Notes: a model not told the origin generated them from the sequence alone. A stretch of DNA of 64,000 bases from Octopus sinensis (GCF_006345805.1 NC_043022.1:7316001-7380000); one strand, 5' to 3'; positions 49,357-62,214 are shown, numbered from the stretch's first letter. Program-made: numbers and translations.

Positions 49357-49998
49357 CGTGGTCTGATCAATAAGTATCCACACTGTTGCCATAGTAATGA
49401 AGTTAAAAAGCCGCTTAACACAGATTGACCTTGAGCTCTGATGTGCATGCGCACTAAGTTTTTAAGTCCTACCTCACTTCTGCTGTTTACAGCATTGCTG
49501 GGACGGATGGTGTGTAGCGTGTGACCGTCGTATGGACCATGACAGAGAAAGTTGAGTAGAGAATCTGCATCAAATTTTGTGAAAAGCTTGGCGATACCTG
49601 TTTAGAAGCCTACGGAATGTTTTCAAAAACTTTTCATTATTCTCGACACAATAAAGAAGATCTTGTGCAACTGAAACCCGAGAGTCTTTTTGGTCAGCTG
49701 AAAGCAGTTTTGGCACAAACTTTGTAGACACGTGTCTCATACCCAAATCTTCATTGATAATGAACTGAACTGAACCGTAACCAATCTGCATATTCTCTGA
49801 TAACTCATGGGTGGCAATTCGACGATTTCCCTTCACAGCTGCACGCATATCTGCGATGTTTTTCTCAGTTCTGCTGGTTGTGGCTCACTCCGAACGTTCA
49901 TCATTATCGACGTCTTTTTCGGCCATCTTGGAAACGTCTCAACCACTAGTACCCTTGTGTGCGGCTCATACACTTACTGCAATAATTATGTTTCCGGA
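49357..49998. mobile_element. mariner fragment with an internal inversion
   Basis: Plus strand: TA|CGTGGTCTGATCAATAAG end and MTEKVE*RICIKFCEKLG (ATG 49539). Minus strand 49622-49998: MSRTQ...RFQDGRKDV...GMRHVSTKFVPKLL...FLK. Confidence 0.85.
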
Positions 49999-50057
49999 AA
50001 GTGACTCGAGCCAAATAAAATAAAATGTTATATATATATATATATATATATATATAA

Positions 50058-50424
50058 CAGGAGTGGGTGTGTGGTAAGTAGCTTGCTTACCAACCATATG
50101 GTTCCGGATTCATTCCCACTGCGTGGCATCTTGGGCAAGTATCTTCTGTAATAGCTTCGGGCCGACCAAAGTCTTGTGAGTGGATTTGGTAGACGGAAAC
50201 TCAAAGTAGCCCGTTGTATATTTGTGTGTGGGGGGGTGTTTGTACCACAACATCGCTTGGCATCCGATGGTGGTGTGCTTATGCCAACGTAACTTAGCGG
50301 TTCGGCAAAAGAGACCGATAGAATAAGTACTAGGCTTGCAAAGAATAAGTCCTGGGGTCGATTTGCTCGACTAAAGGCGGTGCTCCAGCATGGCCGCAAT
50401 CAAATGACTGAAACAAGTAAAAGA

Positions 50425-50426
<2 letters not shown>
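50058..50426 (+). mobile_element. SINE family A, diverged
   Basis: Head and tail present. Confidence 0.9.
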
Positions 50427-50491
<65 letters not shown>

Positions 50492-50519
50492 CGATAGATA
50501 GATAGATAGATAGATAGAT

Positions 50520-50554
<35 letters not shown>

Positions 50555-51229
50555 ATAGATAGATGATAGATAGATAGATAGATAGATAGATCGATGATAG
50601 ATAGATATACTTGTATAATGCGTAAACGTACAGAAACTAGACAGAGAGACTGAGAGACAGACAAAGGGGCCGATACGCCAGATTTCGTCTTCACCAAGCG
50701 GTGATTTACATTGATATAACTCAACTATTTCGTCACTCTGCGACGTACAGTAACACAGTACTATAGCATACACACGACACCGCTTCAGTCTGTGTCCATT
50801 CATTACAAACACACACCCATATATACATATATATACACCCACCAAGACAGACGTTACAACGCATTACTACAAGGTTATCAAATCTCGGTTGCCACGTATC
50901 ACTGCTTCATATACATAAAGACCGAAACATGAAGAAAGGAAGAAAAAAAAATCATATTTTTGTGTATAAATAAACAAACAATAACAACGCGAACAATGAC
51001 AACACAAACAACAACAACAACAACAACAATAATTGTAATAATAATAGTTACACGAACATTGCCAGGAGCAATTCCAGCGGTATCACCAATATCAATAACT
51101 AGATCAGAAGCAACGTTGACAGCGGGAGGTTTCGCCAGACGTTTTGACTCATAATTCTTACATATGTTTAAAGACTCGGCTCAGATATCCTGTATTCAAT
51201 GTGCGTGGAAGTGAGTGGTGTGTCAATGA

Positions 51230-51260
<31 letters not shown>

Positions 51261-51393
51261 TGTATGTATGTATGTATGTATGAATGACTGTGCGTATGTA
51301 ATGTGTATGTTTGTAAATGTTGGTGTGTGTGAGTGTGAAGGAGTGTGCATATTTTGATATATGAGCTTTCATATATTCATATATGAGTGTGTG

Positions 51394-51452
<59 letters not shown>

Positions 51453-51963
51453 TCTATTCTATTCTATTCTATTCTATCTATCTATCTATCTATATATATA
51501 TACATATATATGTATGTATATATGTAGGTGCATACATATTCATATTTATATAAACATATACATACATAGATATATTTAAATATATATACAACTATATATG
51601 TGGATGTATATATATATATATATGTGTGTGTGTATTGATAGACAGACAGAAAGACACACAGATAGACAGACACAGACTGACAGACATGCAGACAGATAGA
51701 TAGATATTCTTTCTTTTGGTGTTGTTTTAATTGTTTCAGTCATTTACCTGTGGTCATGTTGGAGCACGGCTTTTTGTCGAACAAATCGACTCTAGGACTT
51801 ACTCTATCGGTTTCCTTTGCCAAACCACTAAATTACGGGGACGTAAACTCACCAACATCGGTTTTCAAGCGGTGGTGGTGCATGCGTAGATAACACGCAC
51901 ACACACACATATACATATATATATACACATATACACACATGAATATATATATATATATATTCA

Positions 51964-52370
51964 GGCGCAGGAGTGGCTGTGTGGTAAGTAGCTTGCTAAC
52001 CAACCACATGGTTCCGGGTTCAGTCCCACTGCATGGCATCTTGGGCAAGTATCTTCTGCTATAGCCCCGGGCCGACCAATGCCTTGTGAGTGGATTTGGT
52101 AGACGGAAGCTGAAAGAAGCCCGTCGTATATATGTATATATATATATATATATGTGTGTGTTTGTGTGTCTGTGTTTGTCCCCCTAGCATTGCTTGACAA
52201 CCGATGCTGGTGTGTTTACGTCCCCGTTACTTAGCGGTTCGGCAAAAGAGACCGATAGAATAAGTACTGGGCTTACAAAGAATAAGTCCTGGGGTCGATT
52301 TGCTCGACTAAAGGCAGTGCTCCAGCATGGCCGCAGTCAAATGACTGAAACAAGTAAAAGAAAAAGAAAG
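51964..52370 (+). mobile_element. SINE family A, full length; partial minus copy at about 51720-51870
   Basis: Head and tail intact. Confidence 0.92.
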
Positions 52371-52981
52371 ATAATATATATATATATCAGAGTAGGGAAG
52401 CATTGAGAAAGAATAATAAATAGCGCTGCACTTCAAGATGGTGTTAAGTTATATATATGTATATTGTACATATATATATATATATATATATAAATACACA
52501 TATATATGCATACATATATATATATACATGTGCATAAATATATATACAGATGTATACGTATATATATAATGCATATGTATATATATATATCTGCATATAT
52601 TTAGATATGAATTAAGATATCTTTCTGTAGAGTTCATTTATAAACATCAGAATATTTGTCCTCAGTAATTAAGAGCTTAATTAATAACGTGTCGTTAATC
52701 TCCTATACATAAGTACATTTGTAGTAAATCCTAGTAGGAGAAAATTACACACGCACACATACACATATACACGCATGCACGCGCATACATACACACACAC
52801 ACACATACACATATGCTCTTTATCATTCTCTTTTCTTCCTTTCTGTTGAAGAGCGTATGCTCGAAACTTAAAAGACTTTCATTTTCCCAATTATATATAT
52901 ACATACATACACACACACACATATATATATATACATATTCATTTACACATACATACATATACATACACATACATATATATG

Positions 52982-53024
<43 letters not shown>

Positions 53025-53736
53025 ATAATATATATATACATACACACACACAAATAATGATATTCTATGCGCTTGAAACAGCTGTTGAGCACAATGAAAT
53101 TACGAACTGTGTAATATTTATGCTTTTCTACTTTTACTCCCAATGAAACTTCTGTCAAAAATTCTTTTAACGCAGTCGTCGTGACAAGACGTACTTTTTA
53201 TAGCTCCCGTCAGTAACTAACCAAAGAAGCATTTTTCAACTCAATTTAACTCAACTCAACTCAACTCAAGCTAACATAATCTCTCCTTGTCTTTAATCTC
53301 AAGATTTGTGAACTCTACAATCCTACTATACTACTCTTTTACTACCATCGGAGGATAAATTTATACAAATCTATATACAACCTGAAGAAAGAGGAACAAC
53401 CCAAAACTAAATACTAAACCCAAGACTAGTTCTAAAACTAGTCCCGTGAGTACAATTCTTTTTTCTTGGTCTGTATCAAACACACCGCTCATCCCGATTG
53501 TACTAATTAGATTGTACTAATTACACTGAACTCTCACACACACAAGCCACGAATTTCCGAGTATATCGACACAAACTTTCCAACGGTGTATTCACTATTT
53601 ACCGAGTATATCGACACAAACTTTTCAACAGTGTGTTCACTATTTTACATCAAGCCATCAATAACTGGTGTACACATACATACACACGCATACACATACA
53701 TACATATATATATTACACAACACTACCCCACTGAAT

Positions 53737-55007
53737 ATGGCCAATAATTTTCAAAAACGCCGCTGGGTTGAAAATGAAATTACTGCAATGATTAACGCTT
53801 GGTTCATCCATCACAACGAAGCTAATGTTTATAGCAAAATAACTGAGGATTTAACGAAAAAATCCTTTCACAGATCTGTAAAACAGATAGAAAATAAATT
53901 AAAAGAAATTGTTAGGATATCCCTATTTTTCACGCGCACATGGCTACACTAAAAGCCATTCTTGCCAACGAATCCAGTACACAAATGACCAAATCCCAAC
54001 AGGTCAATGGTCACTTCAACAGCAACAATCAATTGACCTACTTCCATTGACACAGCACCTGATGAACCAAGTCAAGTCTCACCTTCGCTACAGCAACAAA
54101 AACAACAACAACAACACTCTAATACTACCACTAGTCAAGTTCCAATGCTGCTACAACTCCCCACTACTGCCACAATAGGAAAACCACTACTACATCCGCG
54201 TAAAACCATCTGCCACTACTACTCTCAAGGCAGCTGCAGATTTGACCACATACTGGCAAGCCAGAACCCACCATCACAAAATCAACAAGCTGCTTCTAAC
54301 ACCACCACCACCACCACCACCACCACTACTACTACTGCCAAAATAGAAAAACCACTACTACAACCAAATAAAACCCCCTGCCGTTACTATTCTAAAGGCA
54401 CTTGTAGATTTGGCCCCAGCGGCACAAACAAAAATGGACGCTGTGCTTTTCCCCACCCGACCTTATGTCGTAGACTTGCTATGGGCACCTGTCCATACGG
54501 TATAACAGGAAAAAATTGCCCCCACCTCCACCCCAAATACTGTCCTAAATACAGAATCTATGGTTCTGACCCTAAATACGGATGCATAAGAGGCAATATG
54601 CACCTTATTCCATCCTAAACTGTGCCAAACTTCTGTCTCACAAAGGATGTGCCTGAACCCAGAATGCAACAACCACCATCTGAAGGGCACAAAACGATCA
54701 CAGAATAGATATGAACAGGAACAGAGAAATCTAGGACACAACAAGAACAAAATACAACCACGTTTCCCCTCCTACAATCAAACTACGTAGACAGAACCCG
54801 GAAAAAACACCAAATAACGCCAACTTGAAATATGTATCCTCTGACCAAGTGGCAAACCAAACAAGTAACTCTTTTTTACTGACATACCTGGAAAATATGA
54901 AGGCCGACCTAAGCCAGGAGATCCAGCGAGCCATCACCAACCATCTATGCAAATCACAAGGACCACTCACCCATTACCAACTTCCCTTACCTCGACATTC
55001 CTGTTAA
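53737..55007 (+). pseudogene. LINE ORF1: Myb/SANT-like N-terminus, Q/T-rich linker, four CCCH fingers, helical C-terminus (frameshifted)
   Basis: RRWVENEITAMINAW...VYSKITEDL...FHRSVKQIENKLKE; CRYYSKGTCRF...CAFPH; CRRLAMGTCPY...CPHLH; CPKY...GC..CTLFH; CQTSVSQRMCLNPECNNHH; SFLLTYLENMKADL. Confidence 0.7.
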
Positions 55008-57920
55008 ATGTACGTGGCATCAACCCATCAATTATTGCCAAAAATGAAGATCCCATATATAGAGAGTTGGCTTGCCGAAATGGCACATTGCTTCCCTTTC
55101 TTTATCCTTACCGAGACTCACCTGAACAACACCCATATGGACGCAGAGGTGAAATAAAAGATTTCACCATTGTTCGTGCGGATCGCACAGACCGAAATAA
55201 GGGAGGGACAGCCATCTTTATCCATGACTCCTTTTCACTTGATGCCAAGGACACATTTTCCAATGGCTACTGTGAATCGGTATCAGTATACAACAAAGCC
55301 AAGGACATAACCATTGTTGGTCTTTACAGGCCTCCCCAGGCACCTCTAAAGTACTTTGAAGAGTGCCTTAGCAAAGTCAAGTCCTTCCTTCGGAAGTACC
55401 ACTCCGGAAACATAATAGTGATGGGTGATTTTAACCCCCCTCATGTGAACTGGCCCACAAATACTCCGAAGTTGGGCAAGTGCTCTACATCAGATAGGGC
55501 AGCAGCAGAACTGCTCTTTAATCTGATGGATGAGTATTTCCTGACTCAGCTAGTGCTTGAACCAACGAGACAGAATAAAACGATCTTGGATCTGGTACTG
55601 ACCAATCACTCTAGCTACGTTCACAGCATTTCAGTCGAAAAAACTCTCCTCTCAGACCACGACATGGTACTCTGCAATCTTAATTCCCGACGTATAAAAA
55701 CCAAACCAGCCAATCCCACTCCATGGCACCCATTTGACAACATAAATTTCCACAAAGCGGACTGGGGAACAATCAGAAAGGATCTGTCTTCCATCGACTG
55801 GTCTTTTACTCTCAATTCCCCTCATATTGAGACCGCGTGGCAGCACTTTGAACCATTGTCACCGACACATGCTCTAAACACGCTCCCAAGAAATCTACTA
55901 ACACAAACAGAAACCGGCTCCCTAAAAAGAAAAAAACACTCATCAGGCGCATCAAAAGACTCAACAAAAAAATCAACCAATTAAAATATTCCACACACAA
56001 CATCCACATTCAACAACAATGAAAAGACTAGAGCTGGAAAAACTTCATCTGCAGACTAACATGAAAACCTCCATTGAAAATCAAAGAGCTGTGGAGGAAC
56101 AATGGGTAATCAAAAACATCAAACAGAACCCAAAAGTGTTCTATTCTTATGCAAATAAGCATAGAACCACTGTCTCACCTATTGGGCCATTGATTGATGA
56201 AAACGGCATTCCCCAACACGATGCTAAAGAAATGGCAGAAATACTGCAGAAACAATATTGCTCTGTCTTCAGTGTTCCCACTGATATTGATGTGAGGAAA
56301 CGAACGAAGCTGACTCCCAACACAAAATCGCAGACATAACCTTCACTGCCACCGACATCGTAGCAGCAATAAATGAGGTCAAACATTACTACTCTGCTGT
56401 AGGCCCTGATAGATTTCCCGCCAGTCTCCTGAAGGAATGTAGATATCAACTTGCAGTCCCTCTGACCAACCTCTGGAGAAACTCGTTAGACGCAGGTTAT
56501 ATACCGAAAAAGTTTCTATCCCAGTCGGTCATCCCGGTTTTCAAACAGGGAAACAGATCCCTCGCAGTCACTATCGCCCAATCTCACTCACCTCCCACAT
56601 CATTAAAGTGTTTGAAAGAGTGTTAAGATCAAGGATAGCTGACTTCCTGGAGACCCACAAACTCCTAAATTCAAATCAACATGGCTTTCGCTGTGGCAGG
56701 ACTGTCTAACACAGCTCTTACACCACATTGAAGATGTACTCAAAGCCTTGGGAACAGGTTCGAACTCTGACGTCATATACCTTGACTTCAGTAAAGCGTT
56801 CGACAGGGTAGACCATAACATCCTACTCTCAAAATTGGCAAATTTTGGAATCCGTGGAAAAGTTCTACACTGGATTCAGTATTTCCTAGCGAATAGAACA
56901 CAACATGTTGTAGTTGATGGAGTCCACTCAAACCCAGCAAAAGTCACCAGCGGTGTTCCCCAGGGAACTGTTTTGGGTCCGCTACTCTTCATAATTTATG
57001 TAAACGACCTTTCCAGTGTCGTACATCACTGCAAAGTGAAAATATTCGCTGATGACACTACAGCACAATCAGCAATCGTCAAGAAGCAGACCGAACTCAA
57101 CTCCAGTCTGACCTATATGCTGTGAGTCAATGGGCAGACAGAAACAAAATGCAACTGAATGAGGGAAAATTTGAGCTGATGCATTTTGGAAGAAATTCCT
57201 CACTAAAACAACCATACTCTCTTCCTTCAGGGGAACCGCTCACAGCCTCTAACAATATCAGAGACCTGGGTGTAATTGTTGATGACGATCTCAGTTGGAG
57301 CGCACACATCAACAAGAAGGTCGATACAGCTCGTAGGATGAGTTCCTGGATCTTAAGAACTTTCCGGTCCAGAGAACAAGGTGTCATCATACCACTTTTT
57401 TCATCCTTTGTACGGCCACACCTTGAATACTGCTGCCCACTGTGGTCTCCTCACACAAGACAAAACATCTCCAGAATTGAGTCAGCCCCAGGGCTCTCAC
57501 TAAACAAATTGAAGGCATGGCTGCTCTCGACTATTGGGATCGCCTTAAAGCCTTGAAACTTTACTCCCTCCAGCGTCGCCGTGAGCGGTACATCATTTGT
57601 ACGATGTGGAAAATATACCGCCAACTTTGCCCAAACGACCTAAACATTAGCTTCAAGGTTCATCCGAGACTTGGACCACGGGCTATACGTCCCCTGCCAA
57701 ATTCAAGATCACAACATACATGTACACTGCAACATAATTTCTTTCCTCAACAGGCCCTGCCCTATTTAACATTGTCCCGAGGGATATCAAAGAGGAAAAG
57801 GATCCCATCAACTTCAAACAGAGTCTGGATAGATTCCTTCAAAGAATACCAGACAAGCCACCCATAATTGGATACAACTCACCCAACAAGAACTCACTAC
57901 TTGAACAAAACTTGACTTAA
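54947..57920 (+). pseudogene. LINE ORF2: APE endonuclease plus reverse transcriptase, multiple frameshifts
   Basis: LLNVRG, LTETHL, YRPP, MGDFN, LDLVLT, SDH; PISLTSHIIKVFERV, DFSKAFDRVDH, SGVPQGTVLGPLLF, FADDT, PHLEY, YSLQRRRERY. Stop at 57918-57920. Confidence 0.95.
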
Positions 57921-59198
57921 ACAGGATTCGAATAATCCTATCAGGTGGTGCTATTAAGTTAGACATGGCCTGGACCAATCTCTGGTCGAAACATATCTAA
58001 GTTTTATCTAAGTTTATATCTAAGTATATATTTACATTATATACACACACCACAACACACACACACACACACACCACACACAACACACACACACACACAC
58101 ACGCATACACACACATATTATTATTACGCTGCATGCCTTCCTCCTTCTACCACCAACAGCCTCTAACATCCGTTCCGATAGCCCAGAAGACAGTAGGCAA
58201 GTTCAACAAACCAGCTGCTCAGCGTGGGATGTTTTGTTGTACCTTTTCGTATCAACTAGTTGTCCGGATGTTTTGCGTTCTTGTCCCATTTTGTATTTTA
58301 TCTATATGCATATATATATATATATGCATATATATATATAATATATATATTATATATATATATATAATATATTATATATAGCGGCGTACGTACACTTTGT
58401 TCTCTTGTATGTAAGTACACATTTTATATATTATATACTTAAGACTTAATTGTGATCTGAACCTAACCGCTTCTGACACAGAGGATCAGAAGGCCTTATC
58501 GGCATTCTATTTTCCTTGCTGGAAGGGTTCCAAACCGATCGGCAAAGGGGGGGGGTTAATGATTGGGGGGTGTTTTCAAAGGGCTGGCATGTGCAACCTC
58601 ATCGCCTCTGCTGATCAAACTCCCAACCCATGCGCTCCTGTCGTGACACTGATTCTGCAGAACTTGGCTGGGTATGAAAACCAACTTTAAATTATAAATA
58701 CAGATGTTTTTGAATCAGCAATAATGTGTTCGGTTGAGTTCTGTTTGGGGTGAAAAATCAATAAAAACCGATTCCTTATGGGGTTTTCCATTTAATCAGG
58801 ATAAAAAAAGTCAATAAACCGATTCCTTATAGGATTTCCCAATAAGATTGGCTACACCCTATTTTCAACCATAACTTTTACCAAATTTGATGTATTTTGT
58901 TCGAACTTGATGCCAGCATTACTTAGGACTCATAGGATCTTTGAATGCTTTAAGTTCTTCAAAAACGAATAAAAAAAATCGATGAGTGGAAAAAATCGAT
59001 AAATCGATTCCTAATGGGATTTCCCAATCAAGTTGTCTGCAACTCATTTTCAGCCAAAAGTTTACCAATTTCAACGGATTTCGCTCAAATATGACGTCGA
59101 TGTTACTTAGTTTGGTTCGAAATAACGAACTTGATTAGCTTAATAATCCTCACTTAATCCCGGGAAAAGCCAGTCTATACTGCTATTACACTATATAA

Positions 59199-59530
59199 GG
59201 CAGCGAGCTGGCAGAAACATTAGCACTCCGAGCGAAATGCTTTGCGGCATTTCGTCTGCCGCTACGTTCTGAGTTCAAATTCCGCCGAGGTCGACGTTGC
59301 CTTTCATCCTTTCGGGTGTCGATTAAATAAGTACCAGTTACGCACTGGGGTCAATTTAATCAACTTAATCCGTTTGTCTGTCCTTGTTTGTCCTCTGTGT
59401 GTTTAAATGCCGCGAAGGTCGACCTCGACTTTCATCCTTTCGGAGTCGATAAATTAAGTACCAGTGCAACACTGCGGTCGATGTAATTAACTAGTTCTCT
59501 CTCCGAAAATTTCAGGCTTTGTGCTTTTAG
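59199..59530 (+). mobile_element. SINE-B1 joined to a B2 body, with a deletion at the junction
   Basis: B1 head and body, then a second core ending in a B2-type tail. Confidence 0.82.
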
Positions 59531-59999
59531 TAAAGAGAATTATATAATCTGTAGAGTTTATTAAAATATATTTTAGGAATTACGCAACGTCGCTTTTGAC
59601 CTGTTTCGTTACACCCTACACGCTACTTTAATTATATGATTCGCAACAAGGTGTAAATTTACCCCTAGCAGGGTAAACAAGTTGCTTGGTTGGGGGTTAA
59701 ATATATATACATCATTATATAATTTATAGAGTTTATGAAAATATATTTTACAAGTTACGCAACGTCACTTCGCTTGGAGGGAGTCATGTATAGTTTGCAA
59801 CGGAAAGGGTTATAGCGAATAATCATACGTATAATTAATTACGTAACGGTAAATAATTAATTAGAATGTGCGACAATTTTAGTTATGTTATATATACTAT
59901 ATACAGGGGTGTGTGAGAAATCCCTAATAAAACCAGCAGAAACACCTCCCTCGGGGCAGTTTTTTTTTGTCATTCATTACATATTCACTCATCTGATTC

Positions 60000-60300
60000 C
60001 CAGTTTGTGTAATTTTTCTGCTGTTACGTGATCACACATGCTCGACCAGGCTGTCAGATATTGTTACACATCGCTGGTCACAATTCGTTTGTTTCATTGT
60101 TTTAGCCCTCAAATGACGCTACCCCGCTGAGTAGGTAAGCAGGCCAGCACTTCACTCCCATCCTGATCGAAAAGAAGACTGGTGAAACGTGAAATGAAGA
60201 GTTTTGCTCAAGAAGATTACGCGCCGCCCAGTCCGGGAATCGAACCCACGATCTAGCGATCGTGAGTGTTATGGTCTAACCGCTAGGCCCAACGCCTTCA
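60000..60300 (-). mobile_element. tRNA-derived SINE with a C-like head and a different body
   Basis: Minus strand GGGTTCGATTCCCGG B box and CTTCTTGAGCAAAAC. Confidence 0.65.
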
Positions 60301-60461
60301 CAATTTTTTTTTCTGTTATATTTTGTTTAATTTTCCTTTATATCTTTCATTCCTTCCACTCAATCACTCAATCACTCAGTAACTACATTTTGGGAATAAC
60401 TAGAGATATCTGCCCTCCCTATCGATTTTATTTCCTCATAATTTTCTGAAAGATATTTTTC

Positions 60462-60935
60462 AATGGAATTTTCAACAAATATTTTTCAGGTGGTATATAT
60501 TACAATTATAATGGAATTTGTAATGGAAACCTTTTTCTGAGGGATATGGGGGCGACGTTTCGTATAATTCACACGCCTCATTATTTGATCCCTCGTAACT
60601 TTCGGAAAAAGGATTATTTGTTAATGACATTTTCAACAAATATATATTTTAATGGAATTTTCTACAAATATTTTTCAATTGTATATACGATTATAAGGAA
60701 TTTGTAGTGGAAAAATTTTTTCGAAGTGATAGGGTGAGACGTTTCGGATAATTCACACACGCCTCGTTATTGCTTCCCTCGTAACTTCCAGAAAAAGGAT
60801 TATTTGTTAATGACATTTTCAACAAATATATATTTTTAATGGAATTCTCTACAAATATTTTTCAATGGTAAACGTTACGATTATAATGGAGTTTGTCGAG
60901 GACACAGGTGAGACGTTTCGGATAATTCACACACA
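60462..60935. repeat. Tandem repeat, unit about 188 bp, 2.5 copies
   Basis: AATGGAATT unit starts at 60462, 60651 and 60838. Confidence 0.9.
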
Positions 60936-61059
60936 GATGCAAAAGACGGGAAGCGCTGTTCTTCATCGATCTGTCCATAGAGGTTACTCTCAATTTAAAG
61001 AAAAAAACAGTAGCCACAGCCGCAGTACCTACAACAACAACAACAAAAATAACTAATTT

Positions 61060-61446
61060 CGACTCAAGGCACAAGGCCTGAAATTTTTGGGGAGGGGTCC
61101 AGTCGATTAGATCGACCCCAGTACGCAACTGGTACTTAATTTATCGACCCCTAAAAGATGAGAGGCAAAGTCGACCTCGGCGGAATTTGAACTCAGAACG
61201 TAACGGCAGACGAAATACCTATTTCTTTACTACCCAAAAGGGGCTAAACACAGAGGGGACAAACCAGGACAAACAGATTAAGTCGATTATATTGACTCCA
61301 GTGCGTAACTGGTACTTATTTACTTGACCCCAAAAGGATGAAATGCAAAGTCGACCTCGGCGGAATTTGAACTCAGAACGTAACGGCAGACGAAATACTG
61401 CTAAGCATTTCGCCTGGCGTGCTAACGGTTCTGCCAGCTCGCCGCC
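61060..61446 (-). mobile_element. SINE-B dimer B1-B2
   Basis: Minus-strand junction AAAGAAATA|GGTATTTCGTC at 61220/61219. Confidence 0.92.
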
Positions 61447-62004
61447 TTAACAACAAGAATAACAAGGCCAAAGATAATGGTCACTACTATTTTTTTCACG
61501 AAAGCAAAAACAATAAAGAAACAAAAAATCGAGGAGAAAATAACCCAATGGACAATGTAGGATTCGAACAAGCAACCTCGTATATAGCAGACACGCATAT
61601 TGCCGAGCACGAGGCAAACTATTTTGTAGCTCTTCTGTAACAATCCAGAAAACAGTGTTCCACTGACTCATTAAGGGTTGGACAGTTTAAGGTTCAAAGT
61701 CAAGGCTCGGGGGTCAAAGTGCAAGGGTGACAGGTCAGAGAAGACTGACAGATGTTGGTGTTGTGTTAAACTTAGGGTCAACAGATGCGGAAGAAAACGA
61801 AAAGCTATATATATATATTAATATATATTATATATATAATAATTATATAATAATATGTGTGTGTGTGTGTGTGTTGTGTGTGTGGTGTGTGTGTGTGTGT
61901 GTGTGTGAGTGTGTGTGTGTGTATACACATATGTATATATGAATATGTATACAAAGAAATGCATATGCACACATATGTGCATGTATATATATGTATATAC
62001 ACTC

Positions 62005-62035
<31 letters not shown>

Positions 62036-62214
62036 ACACACATATATATATAAATATATACATATAGATACACACAGATATATATATATATATATATATA
62101 TATTAATTTATTTATAAACATATACATATATGTTTATATGTTATACACACATATACATGTTCATATATATTCATATATCTGTGTATGTGTGTAATCGAAA
62201 TATATACGTACACT

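Larger units (their letters stand above)
53170..58025 (+). mobile_element. Near full-length CR1-clade LINE; 5' end approximate
   Basis: ORF1, APE-RT ORF2, 3' stem-loop and (ATCTAAGT)n-like tail. No TSD found. Confidence 0.9.

Noticed and set aside
53170-58025. Calling the CR1 an active element
   Set aside because: ORF1 and ORF2 carry many frameshifts and stops. Some could be sequencing indels, but intactness cannot be supported.
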